Positions 30,474 to 40,482 of a DNA stretch of 64,000 nucleotides are shown here, piece after piece. Origin of the DNA: Candidatus Woesearchaeota archaeon (lineage in GTDB: Archaea > Nanobdellota > Nanobdellia > Woesearchaeales > JAAOYA01); assembly GCA_018221105.1 (NCBI GenBank), contig JAAOYA010000005.1:1-64000 (forward strand), read 5' to 3'. The notes beneath the pieces were generated by a model. It saw only the letters and a program-made list of their open reading frames with translations. It had not been told where the DNA came from and ran no database searches. Numbering within the stretch: position 1 is the first letter of the stretch; the number at the start of each line of letters is the position of its first letter. A program made the translations under genes and the position numbers.

Positions 30474-31040
30474 ATGGTTGATCAAAAACTAGTACAGTAT
30501 TTTAAGACTGGGATAGAACGTGGCTTTGATGAAGAATACATAAAGTCAACACTCCTAAAAAAAGGTTATAATGCTCTTAGAGTGAAAATGGCCTTGGAAG
30601 TTGCTACTAGAGGTAAAAGTTCAAAAAGCGAAGAAGAAGTGCGATCACTTGATTCTTTTTACAAGCCAACAACACCAAAAAAAAGTCGTGTTGACTGGCT
30701 AAAATGGTCTTTGATAACAATTTTAACAATCGCAGTTATTGTATTATTAGTTTTTGATGCTAGTATTGGGCCAGTGCGCGAAAAAAAGGCTGATGAAAAC
30801 TTGCAAACGCAATTGACAGATTTGACAACTCTTTCAGGCCAGATTGACGAGAGACAAAAAGTTTTGGATGCACAACTTGACTTGATAAAATCATTAAACA
30901 CTAGTGTCGAAGAAAAAGAAGTCAGGGTAAAACAATTAATTGATAATATTGACTCGTTAAACAACGATATTAAAGAAGAAAGGGGAAAGATTAAAAAGAT
31001 ATTGTTCCAATTATTAGAACAAATACTGCAAAAAGGGTGA
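30474..31040 (+). CDS. Single-pass membrane coiled-coil protein
   Basis: Helical N-domain, one TM, C-terminal heptads. Confidence 0.7.
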   Translation: MVDQKLVQYFKTGIERGFDEEYIKSTLLKKGYNALRVKMALEVATRGKSSKSEEEVRSLDSFYKPTTPKKSRVDWLKWSLITILTIAVIVLLVFDASIGPVREKKADENLQTQLTDLTTLSGQIDERQKVLDAQLDLIKSLNTSVEEKEVRVKQLIDNIDSLNNDIKEERGKIKKILFQLLEQILQKG

Positions 31041-31044
31041 TTTC

Positions 31045-31476
31045 ATGGTATACAAATCTAGACACAAGCCAATAACAGGACTTTTAGTGTTGTTTGTTTT
31101 TTTGATAGTATTATTCAAAACTGTCAAGACAATGATTGATTACAAAAAATTTGTTGGTGAAAGCCCTTATAGTTTTACAATAGAATTCTTGCTTACAATT
31201 CTTCTAGGAATGGCATTCATTTTCATCATAGAACATATTGCTATTGATTTTGAATGGTTGCACCACAAAAAAAAATTTTATCACTCTATGAGCTGGATAA
31301 TAATAGGCTTATGGTTGTTTATCTCTTTTTTTATAGGCTTTAACATATTGCTCATCATGATGCCTTTAATAGCTCTATTTTTGTGGATAAAAACTTATCA
31401 TACACACCGTCACATAAAAAGAGAGCATCAAAAAGCAAGTGTTAAAAAATCGTTAAATAAACATTCAAAAAAATAA
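31045..31476 (+). CDS. Hypothetical membrane protein
   Basis: About 4 hydrophobic segments. Confidence 0.65.
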   Translation: MVYKSRHKPITGLLVLFVFLIVLFKTVKTMIDYKKFVGESPYSFTIEFLLTILLGMAFIFIIEHIAIDFEWLHHKKKFYHSMSWIIIGLWLFISFFIGFNILLIMMPLIALFLWIKTYHTHRHIKREHQKASVKKSLNKHSKK

Positions 31477-31482
31477 AAAAAA

Positions 31483-31752
31483 TTAGTCTTCTTCTTCTGG
31501 ATTGTAGCTTGGCACCGCACTTTTTGCGATAATCATGATGTTGCCAATTGCTTTGACTAATTGGTGTGGCACGATGACGCCTTTAGCACTTCCCAAAACT
31601 TTGTTCAAATAAGAGTTTTTTGCTGCTTTAACTCTCCAACCGTTAATCTTATTTTTTGTAAGTAGTGCTTCTTCAACATCACCAAAATAGTCTCCTCCGT
31701 CGGTGTAGACTTGCATGTCGTAAGTGTCCGTTATTCTTTGCATCTTAAGCAT
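31483..31752 (-). CDS. PRC-barrel domain protein
   Basis: MQVYTDGGDYFGDVEE..VIVPHQLVKAIGNIMII; GGAGG upstream of ATG 31752. Confidence 0.85.
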   Translation of the reverse strand: MLKMQRITDTYDMQVYTDGGDYFGDVEEALLTKNKINGWRVKAAKNSYLNKVLGSAKGVIVPHQLVKAIGNIMIIAKSAVPSYNPEEED

Positions 31753-31824
31753 TTTTTTAGTATCCTCCAAAAAACCTGTGTTGAGAACAAAACTTTTTAA
31801 GTTTATATAATTTTCTCTTTAGAA

Positions 31825-32508
31825 ATGACTGCTTTAAAAATCATTGGCACGAGCCATATATCACGAGAGAGCATTAATGAGATAAAGAATGCTTTTAATA
31901 GTTTTGAGCCTACAATATTAGCTTTAGAGTTAGATGTTAACAGGGCTCAAGCTTTGCTGTCTAAACAGAAAAGTTCTGGTTTTGGTTTTAGAGCTATTAA
32001 ACAAGTTGGATTGCAGGGCTATTTGTTTGGTGTTATTGCCTCGTGGGTTCAGCGCAGACTAGCAAAAAAGACTGGTCTGAACCCTGGTGATGAAATGAAG
32101 CAAGCATTGCTCCTTGCTAGAAAAAATAAATTGAAAGTTTTTTTTATTGATCGTGACATCGCTATTACTTTACGCCGCTTATCACAAAGTATTACTTGGC
32201 GTGAAAAACTACGAGTTTTCAAAGACTTGTTTTTTGGTGTTTTCACAATAAAAAAACAATTGCGAGCGGCAGGAGTTGAAACACTTGATTTGAGCAAGGT
32301 TCCGCCAAAAACTGTTATTAAAAAATTAATGCTCGCGCTAAAGAGCAAGTACCCTACAATTTACAAAGTATTAGTTTATGAGCGCGACCACATCATGGCC
32401 AATAATTTAGAAAAAATTATACAAGAATTTGGCGATGACAAAATCTTAGCTGTGATGGGTGCTGGTCACGAGGACAGTGTTAAAAAATTATTAGAAAAGT
32501 ATTTATAA
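31825..32508 (+). CDS. TraB/PrgY (pheromone shutdown) family protein
   Basis: IIGTSHIS, ALELD, PGDEM, IDRDIAITLRR, ERDHIMA, VMGAGH. Confidence 0.88.
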   Translation: MTALKIIGTSHISRESINEIKNAFNSFEPTILALELDVNRAQALLSKQKSSGFGFRAIKQVGLQGYLFGVIASWVQRRLAKKTGLNPGDEMKQALLLARKNKLKVFFIDRDIAITLRRLSQSITWREKLRVFKDLFFGVFTIKKQLRAAGVETLDLSKVPPKTVIKKLMLALKSKYPTIYKVLVYERDHIMANNLEKIIQEFGDDKILAVMGAGHEDSVKKLLEKYL

Positions 32509-32529
32509 CGCTAGTAGCACTAATTGTTT

Positions 32530-33255
32530 ATGAAATTAAGTTTTAAAGATTTTTTCACTCAAAAATTTGTAAAAAGCAAAGACGAGTTAATCGATATAAT
32601 ACTTGCTGTAATATTTCTGGGTTTTATTGCTAGTTTTAATGATTGGGGCGATGCAACATTTAATTTTTTAGAGGGACTTAAAAACTTTTTTCTGGCTATT
32701 GTTTTGTCAACTATTGTTGTACTTGTCAGCATTGCTGGACAAAAAATCGTTGGTTTTAAGCGTGGCTACATTGTAGAATTTAAAAAATGGTTTTATGGCA
32801 TTTTGATAATTCTAGCTTTTACAATAGTGACACGTGGAACACTTTGGGCTCCAATAGTTGGAGGAGTAGTATTGCACCATCACGAGGGATTGCGACTTGG
32901 TCGTTTTCGCTATCAAGTAAACCAACGCGCTATTGCACTCGTTGCCTTTGCAGGCCCACTATCAAACATTGCACTGGCACTACTTTTGAAACCTTTAATT
33001 TTTTTAAATCCAACAGCTATTGAAACATTGATAGTTTTCAATCTTACTTACGCACTCTTTAACATGCTGCCATTACCACCACTTGTTGGTTTTAACGTGA
33101 TATATTATTCTAGAACGTTATACTTTTTGCTTTTGGGGTTTGTGACTAGCGTGTGGCTTTTTTTAACATTTTATTCTACAATAATTACTTTAATTCTGGC
33201 GTTCGTTGTCAGTATTGTAGCGTGGGCTGCTTACTTGTATTTTGTTGAATTATAA
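32530..33255 (+). CDS. Site-2-protease (M50)-like membrane protein, catalytic motifs degenerate
   Basis: AFAGPLSNI and FNMLPLPPLVG present; no HExxH. Confidence 0.65.
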   Translation: MKLSFKDFFTQKFVKSKDELIDIILAVIFLGFIASFNDWGDATFNFLEGLKNFFLAIVLSTIVVLVSIAGQKIVGFKRGYIVEFKKWFYGILIILAFTIVTRGTLWAPIVGGVVLHHHEGLRLGRFRYQVNQRAIALVAFAGPLSNIALALLLKPLIFLNPTAIETLIVFNLTYALFNMLPLPPLVGFNVIYYSRTLYFLLLGFVTSVWLFLTFYSTIITLILAFVVSIVAWAAYLYFVEL

Positions 33256-33290
33256 CAAGCTTTTTAAAAAAAGAGATGGTGAGTTTTTTT

Positions 33291-34784
33291 ATGAAAGTAT
33301 TATTTGTAATGCCTGACTTTAATTATGTTGGAGAATACATGCCAGACTATAAAGGTCACAGCTCTCTAGGAGTTGGTTATTTGTCGGCTTGCCTAAAAAA
33401 AGCAGGACATAGCACCGCGCTAGCGCACATAAGCAATGAAAAAATCACGAAAAAAGAATTTGTTGATATTTTAAAAAAACACAATCCTGACCTCATAGGT
33501 TTTAGTTTTTTTACACACCAGTTTAGCGCTGTAAAAAAATGGTCTTTTTGGATTAAACAATATTCTAACATTCCAATTGTTTGTGGCGGCATTCACTCAA
33601 CAATCGACCCTAATAGTGTGATAAATTTGAAAAGTGTTGACTTTGTTTGTGTTGGTGAAGGAGAAGAAGCAATTGTAGAGTTAGCTGATAGTATAGGAAA
33701 AAAGCAGGACACTACTAAAATAAAAAACTTGATTGTTCGCAAAGGATATAAAATAATAAGAAATCCTGTAAGAAAACTAGTACAAAACCTTGACGATTTG
33801 CCATTTACTGACAAGTCAATATTTGATATTAAAAACATTACAGATGGCACGATGGGGCTCTTATCTATTATTGCTACCAGAGGTTGTCCTTACAGGTGCA
33901 CTTATTGTGTTAATCACCAATTACAAAAAATTTATTCTAATCAGAGTTTTGTTCGCTTTCGAAGTGTTGATAACGTGATTCGAGAGATTAAACAGCACAA
34001 AAAAGATTATCCGTTTTTGCGCTATGTTGAACCTTTAGATGATACTTTTGCTATTCGAAAAGACTGGCTAATAGAGTTTTGCAAGCGTTACAAGAAAGAA
34101 ATTAAGATGCCGCTGCGTGCAAACGTGCGTGTTGACTTGCTTGATGAAGCTAAGATTAAAGCATTAAAAAGTGCTGGTTGTCAGCGATTGGCTCTTGGCT
34201 TGGAGTCTGGTAATGAAAAAATTCGCTCTAATATATTAAAACGTTCAATGAATAATGAAAAAATTATTGAAGCTTTGAAACTTTGCAAAAAGCACGGTAT
34301 TAAAACAACAACTTATAACATGGTGGGGATTCCAGAAGAGACAATTCATAATTGTTTGGAAACTATAAAATTAAATGTTGCAAGTGAGGCTGATGACATG
34401 CACGTCTCTATTTTGCAACCATACCCTCACACTGACTTGTATAATTACAGTGTAAGAAAAGGTTATATGAAAAAAACAAAACAAGTAAGCACTTTTTTTG
34501 GCGAGTCGGTGCTGAAATTGCCAACAATCTCAAAGCAAGAAATTCATTTTGCTTACGAATACTTTGTGATATTTGCACGGCTTTACCAGCGCTTTGGCAG
34601 GTTTAGACGAGTTGAGCGTTTTTTAGATAATTTGTATGTTAACAAAAAACGTCACAAGTTTTTATTAAAAATTAAGCCTTTGATTAGTTTTTTTGTCTCG
34701 CCAATTTTGACGACTTATCATTTAATGCTGCGCGTCAGTCCAGGCTTTACTCGAAAAGTCAAAGAAATAGTTTACAACCAATAA
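33291..34784 (+). CDS. B12-binding domain radical SAM protein
   Basis: LGVGYLSACL, GGIHST, VGEGEE, TRGCPYRCTYC, GLESG. Confidence 0.9.
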   Translation: MKVLFVMPDFNYVGEYMPDYKGHSSLGVGYLSACLKKAGHSTALAHISNEKITKKEFVDILKKHNPDLIGFSFFTHQFSAVKKWSFWIKQYSNIPIVCGGIHSTIDPNSVINLKSVDFVCVGEGEEAIVELADSIGKKQDTTKIKNLIVRKGYKIIRNPVRKLVQNLDDLPFTDKSIFDIKNITDGTMGLLSIIATRGCPYRCTYCVNHQLQKIYSNQSFVRFRSVDNVIREIKQHKKDYPFLRYVEPLDDTFAIRKDWLIEFCKRYKKEIKMPLRANVRVDLLDEAKIKALKSAGCQRLALGLESGNEKIRSNILKRSMNNEKIIEALKLCKKHGIKTTTYNMVGIPEETIHNCLETIKLNVASEADDMHVSILQPYPHTDLYNYSVRKGYMKKTKQVSTFFGESVLKLPTISKQEIHFAYEYFVIFARLYQRFGRFRRVERFLDNLYVNKKRHKFLLKIKPLISFFVSPILTTYHLMLRVSPGFTRKVKEIVYNQ

Positions 34785-34817
34785 AGTTTTTAAAGAGTAA
34801 AAAAATAGTTTTTTTCT

Positions 34818-35672
34818 ATGTCAATGAATCGATTAAAAACATTTGTGCTGCTTGCAACACTTTCAGCGCTGCTTTTGGGAGTTGGACAATTATTAGGCGG
34901 TTATAGTGGCTTGATTTTTGCCGGAGTGTTTGTTTTGGTTATGAATTTTGGAAGTTATTTTTTTAGTGATAAAGTTGTTCTTAAGATGTATCGTGCAAAG
35001 CCAGCAAGTCAAACTGAGCACCCGCAACTTTTCAAGGCAGTTCGTGAAGTAGTACATTTGGCAGGTATTGAAATGCCTAAAGTTTATGTTATTCCATCAG
35101 CAAACCCTAATGCTTTTGCCACGGGGCGCAACCCAAAGCATTCTGCAATAGCAGTCACCACTGGAATTATAGATTTACTTAGTTATTCAGAACTTAAAGG
35201 TGTTATAGCACACGAGATCAGCCATATTAAAAATCGCGATGTTTTAATTCAAACAATTGCTGCGACTATTGCAGGAGTAATATCGTATGTTGCTTTTATG
35301 GCTCGATGGGCTGCAATTTTTGGCGGTTTTGGCAGTGGTCGCGATGATGATGGCGGAGGACTAATAGGGCTTTTGGTTTTAGCTATAGTGACTCCTCTTA
35401 TAGCAACAATTTTACAATTAGCTATTAGTCGCTCTCGTGAATACTTGGCTGATGAGAGTGCTGCTAAAACTTTACACGAGCCATACGGTCTTGCTAGTGC
35501 ACTGCAAAAATTAAAGACAGGAGTTGTTAGAAATCCTATGCGTTTTGGCAGTCCTGCAACAAGCGCTTTGTTTATAGCAAATCCTTTTCGCGATAAAGGC
35601 ATGCTGCACTGGTTTTCAACGCACCCGCCGCTTGATGAGAGAATTAAAAAATTGCACAATATGAAAATCTAA
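34818..35672 (+). CDS. htpX: Zinc metalloprotease HtpX (M48)
   Basis: PNAFATGRNP, AHEISHIKNRD, SRSREYLAD, FSTHPP. Confidence 0.93.
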   Translation: MSMNRLKTFVLLATLSALLLGVGQLLGGYSGLIFAGVFVLVMNFGSYFFSDKVVLKMYRAKPASQTEHPQLFKAVREVVHLAGIEMPKVYVIPSANPNAFATGRNPKHSAIAVTTGIIDLLSYSELKGVIAHEISHIKNRDVLIQTIAATIAGVISYVAFMARWAAIFGGFGSGRDDDGGGLIGLLVLAIVTPLIATILQLAISRSREYLADESAAKTLHEPYGLASALQKLKTGVVRNPMRFGSPATSALFIANPFRDKGMLHWFSTHPPLDERIKKLHNMKI

Positions 35673-35674
35673 TT

Positions 35675-37846
35675 TTATGGGGTGTAATCTTTTTCTAAAA
35701 TGTCTTTTATCAGTTTAGCTTTTTTTAATCCTATCTTTTCGACTTCTTGCAATTGTTCTAGTGAAGCGTTAACAATATTTTTTATTGTTTTAAACTTCTC
35801 TAATAATGGTTTTGCTAGTGTTGGCCCAACTCCTGGAAGAGATGCTATTATGTACTCTTGCAATTGTGCGTCTGTTATGGTTGGTTTTTGAGAGTGCAAT
35901 GCCACTTCTTTGAATTTGCTGGTTTGCTCTCTTTTTGCAATCATTGCTATTAACGCTGCAGTATCAAAAGAATTTTTTGTGGTGATTAATGGAACATTAA
36001 AACTTACAGTTATTGCTGCTAACGCTCCCCTTATTGCTTGAGAGTTAATATTTCTTAGTGAGTAAAGGTCCTCTTCACCCTCTATAATGAACAATGGCTT
36101 GCGATAATGTTTTTTTAATTGTTTGACTTGCTCGAGTAATCGCCCGTCAACAATAGAGTCTACAAAATCTTTTTTTGTTTTAAACTCTATAGCACAATCC
36201 TCAGATACTACGTAATCTCCAACAATTAATTGTTCTAGTTTTACTTTGCAATCCATGTTTAATAGTTCTTTTACTATCGCACTGCTTTTTTCTCTATAAT
36301 CAACAATTATTTTCGGGTTAGTTGTTGTTTTAGTGTACTTTTCTAAAGTTGTTGGAGTGCTTTTTTTTGTTAACACTAATTTATTTTTTAGCTCGCTTAG
36401 GCTGCGGTGCATTCTTTTTTCTTTGTGGTGACTGCTCCACTTATAAGCTTCGTCACGTGTGCCTTTAGTGTAAATCATTGTCACAATGCCTTTTTCTAAT
36501 CGACCTGTACGCCCACGTCTTTGCACTGTTCTTATGGCTGATGGTACTGGCTCGAAAAAAATCACGTTATCAACTGCTGGGATGTCAAGTCCTTCTTCTG
36601 CAACGCTTGTGGCTATTAACGCATCAAATTCATTATTTTTGAATTCTTCAATAATTTTTTTTTGTTCTTTTTGTGTTAGCCCTGTACCCTTTTTTTTTGC
36701 TTGTCCAACAAAAATTTTTGAAGTTATATTGACATTATCTAGTGTTTCTTTTATTTTTTTAGCAGTGTCACGGTATTGTGTGAAAATAATTGTTTTTTGG
36801 TTAGTGTTTTCTAGTAAGCTTTTGAGTTTTTGAAATTTCGGGTGCTCTACATTAGCATCATATAATTTTGTTGTGTAAGCGTAAGCTGTTTTCCAATCAA
36901 TGTCACTTGCAAGGTTTTTTGTGGCTTTTGTGCTGGTTGTTAGCGCTTCACCTTGAATTTTTTTGATGTACTCGTAGAGTGGTGTGATGCCTTGTGTTTC
37001 TATTAGTTCTAGGGCGTGCTGTATTTTTAGTGCTTGTGCACTAATAGATAATACTTGCATTTCTTCAAAGTTTTTCTCTCCAGAACGTATTTTTGCCTGA
37101 ATTTGTCCTTGAAGTTTTAATAATTCTAGTTTCCCAGAACCATTGATTGTCAAACCTGTTTTTTTTATTTCCCTGACTTTTTTATTATAACAATCTTGCA
37201 AAGTTTTTTGAATTCTTTTTAGTGTTGGCGTTAATTCTACAGGCTCCCAATTAATGTCAACTTTTTGAATGTATGATTTTACGTCAGGACTGTCAGAATC
37301 TCGAACTTCTATTGCTTCAATTAATAAATTGTCAATGACTTCTTGTATTGTTTGGTTGTCGCTTCCGGGACTAGCGCTTAATGCTAGTATTCGCTCATAA
37401 TTAGCTATTTTGTGGTATTGACGAGCTACAAAAACATAAGCGTAATCGCCTACTGCGCGGTGTGCTTCATCAAAAACTATTAGCGAGACTTCTTTTAGAT
37501 TAATTCTTTCATTTATGATGTCATTTTCTAAGCCTTGAGGAGTAGAGAAAAAGATTTTGGCTTCACTCCAAATTTCTTGTCTTTTTAGTGGTGGCACGCC
37601 ACCAGTGAAAACTGTTAAGTCATCTTCTTTGAAGGTTTGCAAAAATGTTTGATAATGTTGCTGCACAAGTGGTTTTGTTGGAGCCAAAAATAGTATTTTG
37701 CTATTAGGGTATTGTTTTAGACGATGTTTTGCCAGCATTAATGCAATAAGTGTTTTTCCCAGTCCTGTAGGCAGCACAACTAAAGTGTTTTTTGTTGTGG
37801 TAGTTGCAAAAATTGTTTGTTGATATAATCGTGGCTCTAATTTCAT
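35675..37846 (-). CDS. hef: Hef helicase-nuclease (SF2 DEAH helicase + ERCC4 nuclease + HhH)
   Basis: LPTGLGKT, FDEAHRA, QRRGRTGR, VDYRE..VGDY..IEFKT, LPGVGP. Confidence 0.92.
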   Translation of the reverse strand: MKLEPRLYQQTIFATTTTKNTLVVLPTGLGKTLIALMLAKHRLKQYPNSKILFLAPTKPLVQQHYQTFLQTFKEDDLTVFTGGVPPLKRQEIWSEAKIFFSTPQGLENDIINERINLKEVSLIVFDEAHRAVGDYAYVFVARQYHKIANYERILALSASPGSDNQTIQEVIDNLLIEAIEVRDSDSPDVKSYIQKVDINWEPVELTPTLKRIQKTLQDCYNKKVREIKKTGLTINGSGKLELLKLQGQIQAKIRSGEKNFEEMQVLSISAQALKIQHALELIETQGITPLYEYIKKIQGEALTTSTKATKNLASDIDWKTAYAYTTKLYDANVEHPKFQKLKSLLENTNQKTIIFTQYRDTAKKIKETLDNVNITSKIFVGQAKKKGTGLTQKEQKKIIEEFKNNEFDALIATSVAEEGLDIPAVDNVIFFEPVPSAIRTVQRRGRTGRLEKGIVTMIYTKGTRDEAYKWSSHHKEKRMHRSLSELKNKLVLTKKSTPTTLEKYTKTTTNPKIIVDYREKSSAIVKELLNMDCKVKLEQLIVGDYVVSEDCAIEFKTKKDFVDSIVDGRLLEQVKQLKKHYRKPLFIIEGEEDLYSLRNINSQAIRGALAAITVSFNVPLITTKNSFDTAALIAMIAKREQTSKFKEVALHSQKPTITDAQLQEYIIASLPGVGPTLAKPLLEKFKTIKNIVNASLEQLQEVEKIGLKKAKLIKDILEKDYTP

Positions 37847-37937
37847 GAATATTGTAGTAGTGTTTTTTTATTTAAAAACTTGGCGTGCGCTTGACCAGTG
37901 AGAAAACCTTTTATAAAACTCTAATTTTGTGTGATTT

Positions 37938-38285
37938 ATGGCTAGAAAGGTTTATGGGCAGAGCAAAAATGAAAAATGCTATTTTTGCAATAAATTGTCT
38001 TTTGAGCGTAACACGCAGGGTTTTATAGTGTGCCAAGAGCACAAAAATAAGCCAGTAGAAGATATTCGTTGTGTTTGTGGCTCTTGGCTTGAAGCCAAAA
38101 CTTCAAAATGGGGAGCTTTTTTTGTTTGTTCCAATTGCGGTCCAATATCGCTTGCTAAAGCACTGCATTTGCGTTCAAGTGAAGGTTATAACGTTAATAA
38201 AAAATTCAAGCAAAAAAAAGAGATAGTTTATGAAAAAAATAAGATTTACACATTAAAAGAGTTAGAAGAATTGTGGAGTCAATAA
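37938..38285 (+). CDS. Hypothetical zinc-finger protein
   Basis: CYFC..CQEH and CVCG..CSNCG motifs. Confidence 0.7.
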   Translation: MARKVYGQSKNEKCYFCNKLSFERNTQGFIVCQEHKNKPVEDIRCVCGSWLEAKTSKWGAFFVCSNCGPISLAKALHLRSSEGYNVNKKFKQKKEIVYEKNKIYTLKELEELWSQ

Positions 38286-38803
38286 TCATGTCCTGGAGCT
38301 AGTATTTTGTGATCTAATTCTACTAGTTTTAGTATGCTCTCTTGTTGTTTTTGTGGTTGTGAAAAAGGCAGGTCTGTTCTGCCAAGAATTTTCTTGTCAA
38401 AAATTGTGTCTCCGCTGAACAATATCTTGTTTTCTTTATCGTATAAACAAATGCACCCGCCAGTGTGGCCTGGAGTGTGAATGACTTGTAAATTGCAAAT
38501 TTCGTCTTGTAATGGCTCGATTTTTTTTGGTTTGAAGTGGTTTGCTGTTTCTTCTTTTAGTATTGATAATTTTGAATCCTCTTGCCAATCTTTGATTTCT
38601 TTTTCGTGTGCGTAAAATGTCGCGTTTTCAAACAAATCCCAATTACCAATGTGATCGTAGTGTAAATGTGTGAAAACCACAGATTTTATGTCTTTTGGGT
38701 TGACTAGTGGGGCTAGAAATCTCATGATTTCTTGGCGGTCTTTGCGATCTCCAGTATCAATTAATAATTGACATTTTTTTATGTAGTACAGGTTAGCATT
38801 CAA
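38279..38803 (-). CDS. Metallo-beta-lactamase-fold hydrolase (glyoxalase II-like); start uncertain
   Basis: IDTG, THLHYDHIG, HTPGHT, FSGD, PGHD. Confidence 0.85.
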   Translation of the reverse strand: MNANLYYIKKCQLLIDTGDRKDRQEIMRFLAPLVNPKDIKSVVFTHLHYDHIGNWDLFENATFYAHEKEIKDWQEDSKLSILKEETANHFKPKKIEPLQDEICNLQVIHTPGHTGGCICLYDKENKILFSGDTIFDKKILGRTDLPFSQPQKQQESILKLVELDHKILAPGHDY

Positions 38804-38838
38804 ACTTATTTTGTAGACTCCGTCAGCTAGTTTTGCGA

Positions 38839-39162
38839 CTATTTTTTTGATAATATCAACCCCGCGTCAACCGCTTTGTATGAAAGAGAACTTACTACTA
38901 AAAATATTATCAGAAATGGTATTGAATGAGTATAATGACCCATCATAAAACCTATCAGAAACCCTAATATTATGATTCTTAGTGGCGTTTTCTTGCTTTT
39001 TTGCTCTGCTAATAGCACTCCTGCCATAAAAGCAAACAAGATTAGTAATATGTATGATACTAACATGTTTTGCGCGCTCACTGAAAAAATCAATCCTATT
39101 GCTAAAAGTAATGCAAATGATAGTTCTACCCAGTAAACGTGCAAGTTTGCCTTTTTGTTCAT
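38839..39162 (-). CDS. Hypothetical membrane protein
   Basis: About 4 hydrophobic segments. Confidence 0.65.
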   Translation of the reverse strand: MNKKANLHVYWVELSFALLLAIGLIFSVSAQNMLVSYILLILFAFMAGVLLAEQKSKKTPLRIIILGFLIGFMMGHYTHSIPFLIIFLVVSSLSYKAVDAGLILSKK

Positions 39163-39240
39163 TTTAAGTTGCGTTTTGTTTGTTTATTTAATAGTTTTAT
39201 TGTACAAAAGCTTAAATATAGCGCTGGATTTGCAAAATTT

Positions 39241-39648
39241 ATGGATTATGAAAAAATGTTAAAGCGTGGACGCGACAAATTACCAAAAGTTGTTTTTGAG
39301 CGTGAGCGCTTTGAAATTCCAAAAGTTAGCGGTCACATTCAAGGCAATAAAACTGTGATTAACAATTTTTCGCAAATTGCACAGTACTTGCACCGTGACG
39401 TGATACACTTACAAAAGTATCTTTCGCGTGAATTGGCAGCTCCTGGTAATTTGACATCTACTGCGCTGATTTTGAATACTAAAATTCCTGCGGCCAGGAT
39501 TAATGAAAAAATTCGCCAGTACGCTAATGAATTTGTTCTATGTAGTGATTGTGGAAAACCTGATACAGTACTTGAAAAGGATAAAACACTCACTTTTATC
39601 AAATGCACTGCTTGTGGTGCCAAGCATCACGTGAAAACAAAAATTTAA
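39241..39648 (+). CDS. eif2b: Translation initiation factor aIF2 subunit beta
   Basis: MDYEKML..ERFEIP..GNKTVINNF..CSDCGKPDT..CTACGA; ATG 39241 about 25 nt after TTAAATA. Confidence 0.93.
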   Translation: MDYEKMLKRGRDKLPKVVFERERFEIPKVSGHIQGNKTVINNFSQIAQYLHRDVIHLQKYLSRELAAPGNLTSTALILNTKIPAARINEKIRQYANEFVLCSDCGKPDTVLEKDKTLTFIKCTACGAKHHVKTKI

Positions 39649-39649
39649 G

Positions 39650-39946
39650 ATGATTGTCAAAAAGCATACATCTAGTGGTAAGTTGTTGCTCGCGGTGTGT
39701 GATTCTGAAATTTTGGGTAAGAAGTTTAGTGAAGGTTCTAAAGTTGTTGATGTATCTGCTAGTTTTTACGGCGGCGATGAAGTCTCAGTTGATGAATTTT
39801 TGAAGTTATTATCTCAAGCTTATATGATTAATGCTGTTGGTAATGAGTGTGTTGGGCTTTTGGTTAATAATGGTTTTGTTGATAGTTCTAATGTGTTAAT
39901 GATTGATGGTGTTAAGTGCGCCCAATGCCTGATGGAAAAACACTAA
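39650..39946 (+). CDS. DUF424 family protein
   Basis: LLAVCDSEILGKKF..FYGG..INAVG. Confidence 0.85.
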   Translation: MIVKKHTSSGKLLLAVCDSEILGKKFSEGSKVVDVSASFYGGDEVSVDEFLKLLSQAYMINAVGNECVGLLVNNGFVDSSNVLMIDGVKCAQCLMEKH

Positions 39947-39951
39947 TTCAA

Positions 39952-40003
39952 GCGGAAAACCTACGGAGAAGCCTGGAAAACCCGAAATTCTATAGTTTTT
40001 TGG
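39952..40003 (+). repeat. Phased GGAAAAC-type motif, copy 1 (others 56359-56390, 58814-58859; partial ~40222, ~49273)
   Basis: GCGGAAAACCTACGGAGAAGCCTGGAAAACCCGAAATT versus GCGGAAAACCTTGGAAAACGCTGAAAAACCCAAAATT. Confidence 0.75.
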
Positions 40004-40059
40004 CTTGTTATGGTTTTCGTACGCGTAAATATTGTTGTTACTATAAAGTAACGAAATAG

Positions 40060-40303
40060 TAGAAAGTTTTATATATTAGCGTACTTTCACCGTCATAAAC
40101 ACATTACGCGCATTCGATAACACCCACGAGAACATTAAGAGCTAAAAAGCCCGCTCTCAAAGGCTATTCGAACAAAACCTTACAAAAAACAGTCAAATCC
40201 CAAAAGATTGATTGAAATTAAGGCCTGGAAAACGTGAAATAACAACAAACTAACTCACGAAATTAACTAGTACAAACTATGTTCTACAAAAAAGGAGGTT
40301 TTC
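40060..40303 (+). promoter_or_regulatory. TATA-type promoter and long leader of array 1a
   Basis: GAAAGTTTTATATATT (BRE/TATA-like), then blocks shared with 49075-49336. Confidence 0.55.
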
Positions 40304-40435
40304 ATGCAAGGGATGATTTTCTTCAGTTTCTTCGCAGCTATAGGATTGATCTTTATTTCTATAGCAATTCTCTGTCTTGTGCGCTCTACTATCAAAAGTC
40401 TTTTTCAGCTAGCCAAAAGAGTGCTGACAACATAA
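40304..40435 (+). CDS. 43-aa single-TM microprotein (not in ORF track)
   Basis: AAAGGAGG-N5-ATG; MQGMIFFSFFAAIGLIFISIAILCLVRS... Confidence 0.6.
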   Translation: MQGMIFFSFFAAIGLIFISIAILCLVRSTIKSLFQLAKRVLTT

Positions 40436-40482
40436 AACAAGAACTGTTGTGACGAATCACAACAACAAAAAAGGAGGAAGTA

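Noticed and set aside
12341..39623. Opposite-strand ORFs overlapping glyS, aspS, the ATPases, htpX, hef and eif2b
   Set aside because: Fully nested in well-supported genes and lacking motifs or RBS.
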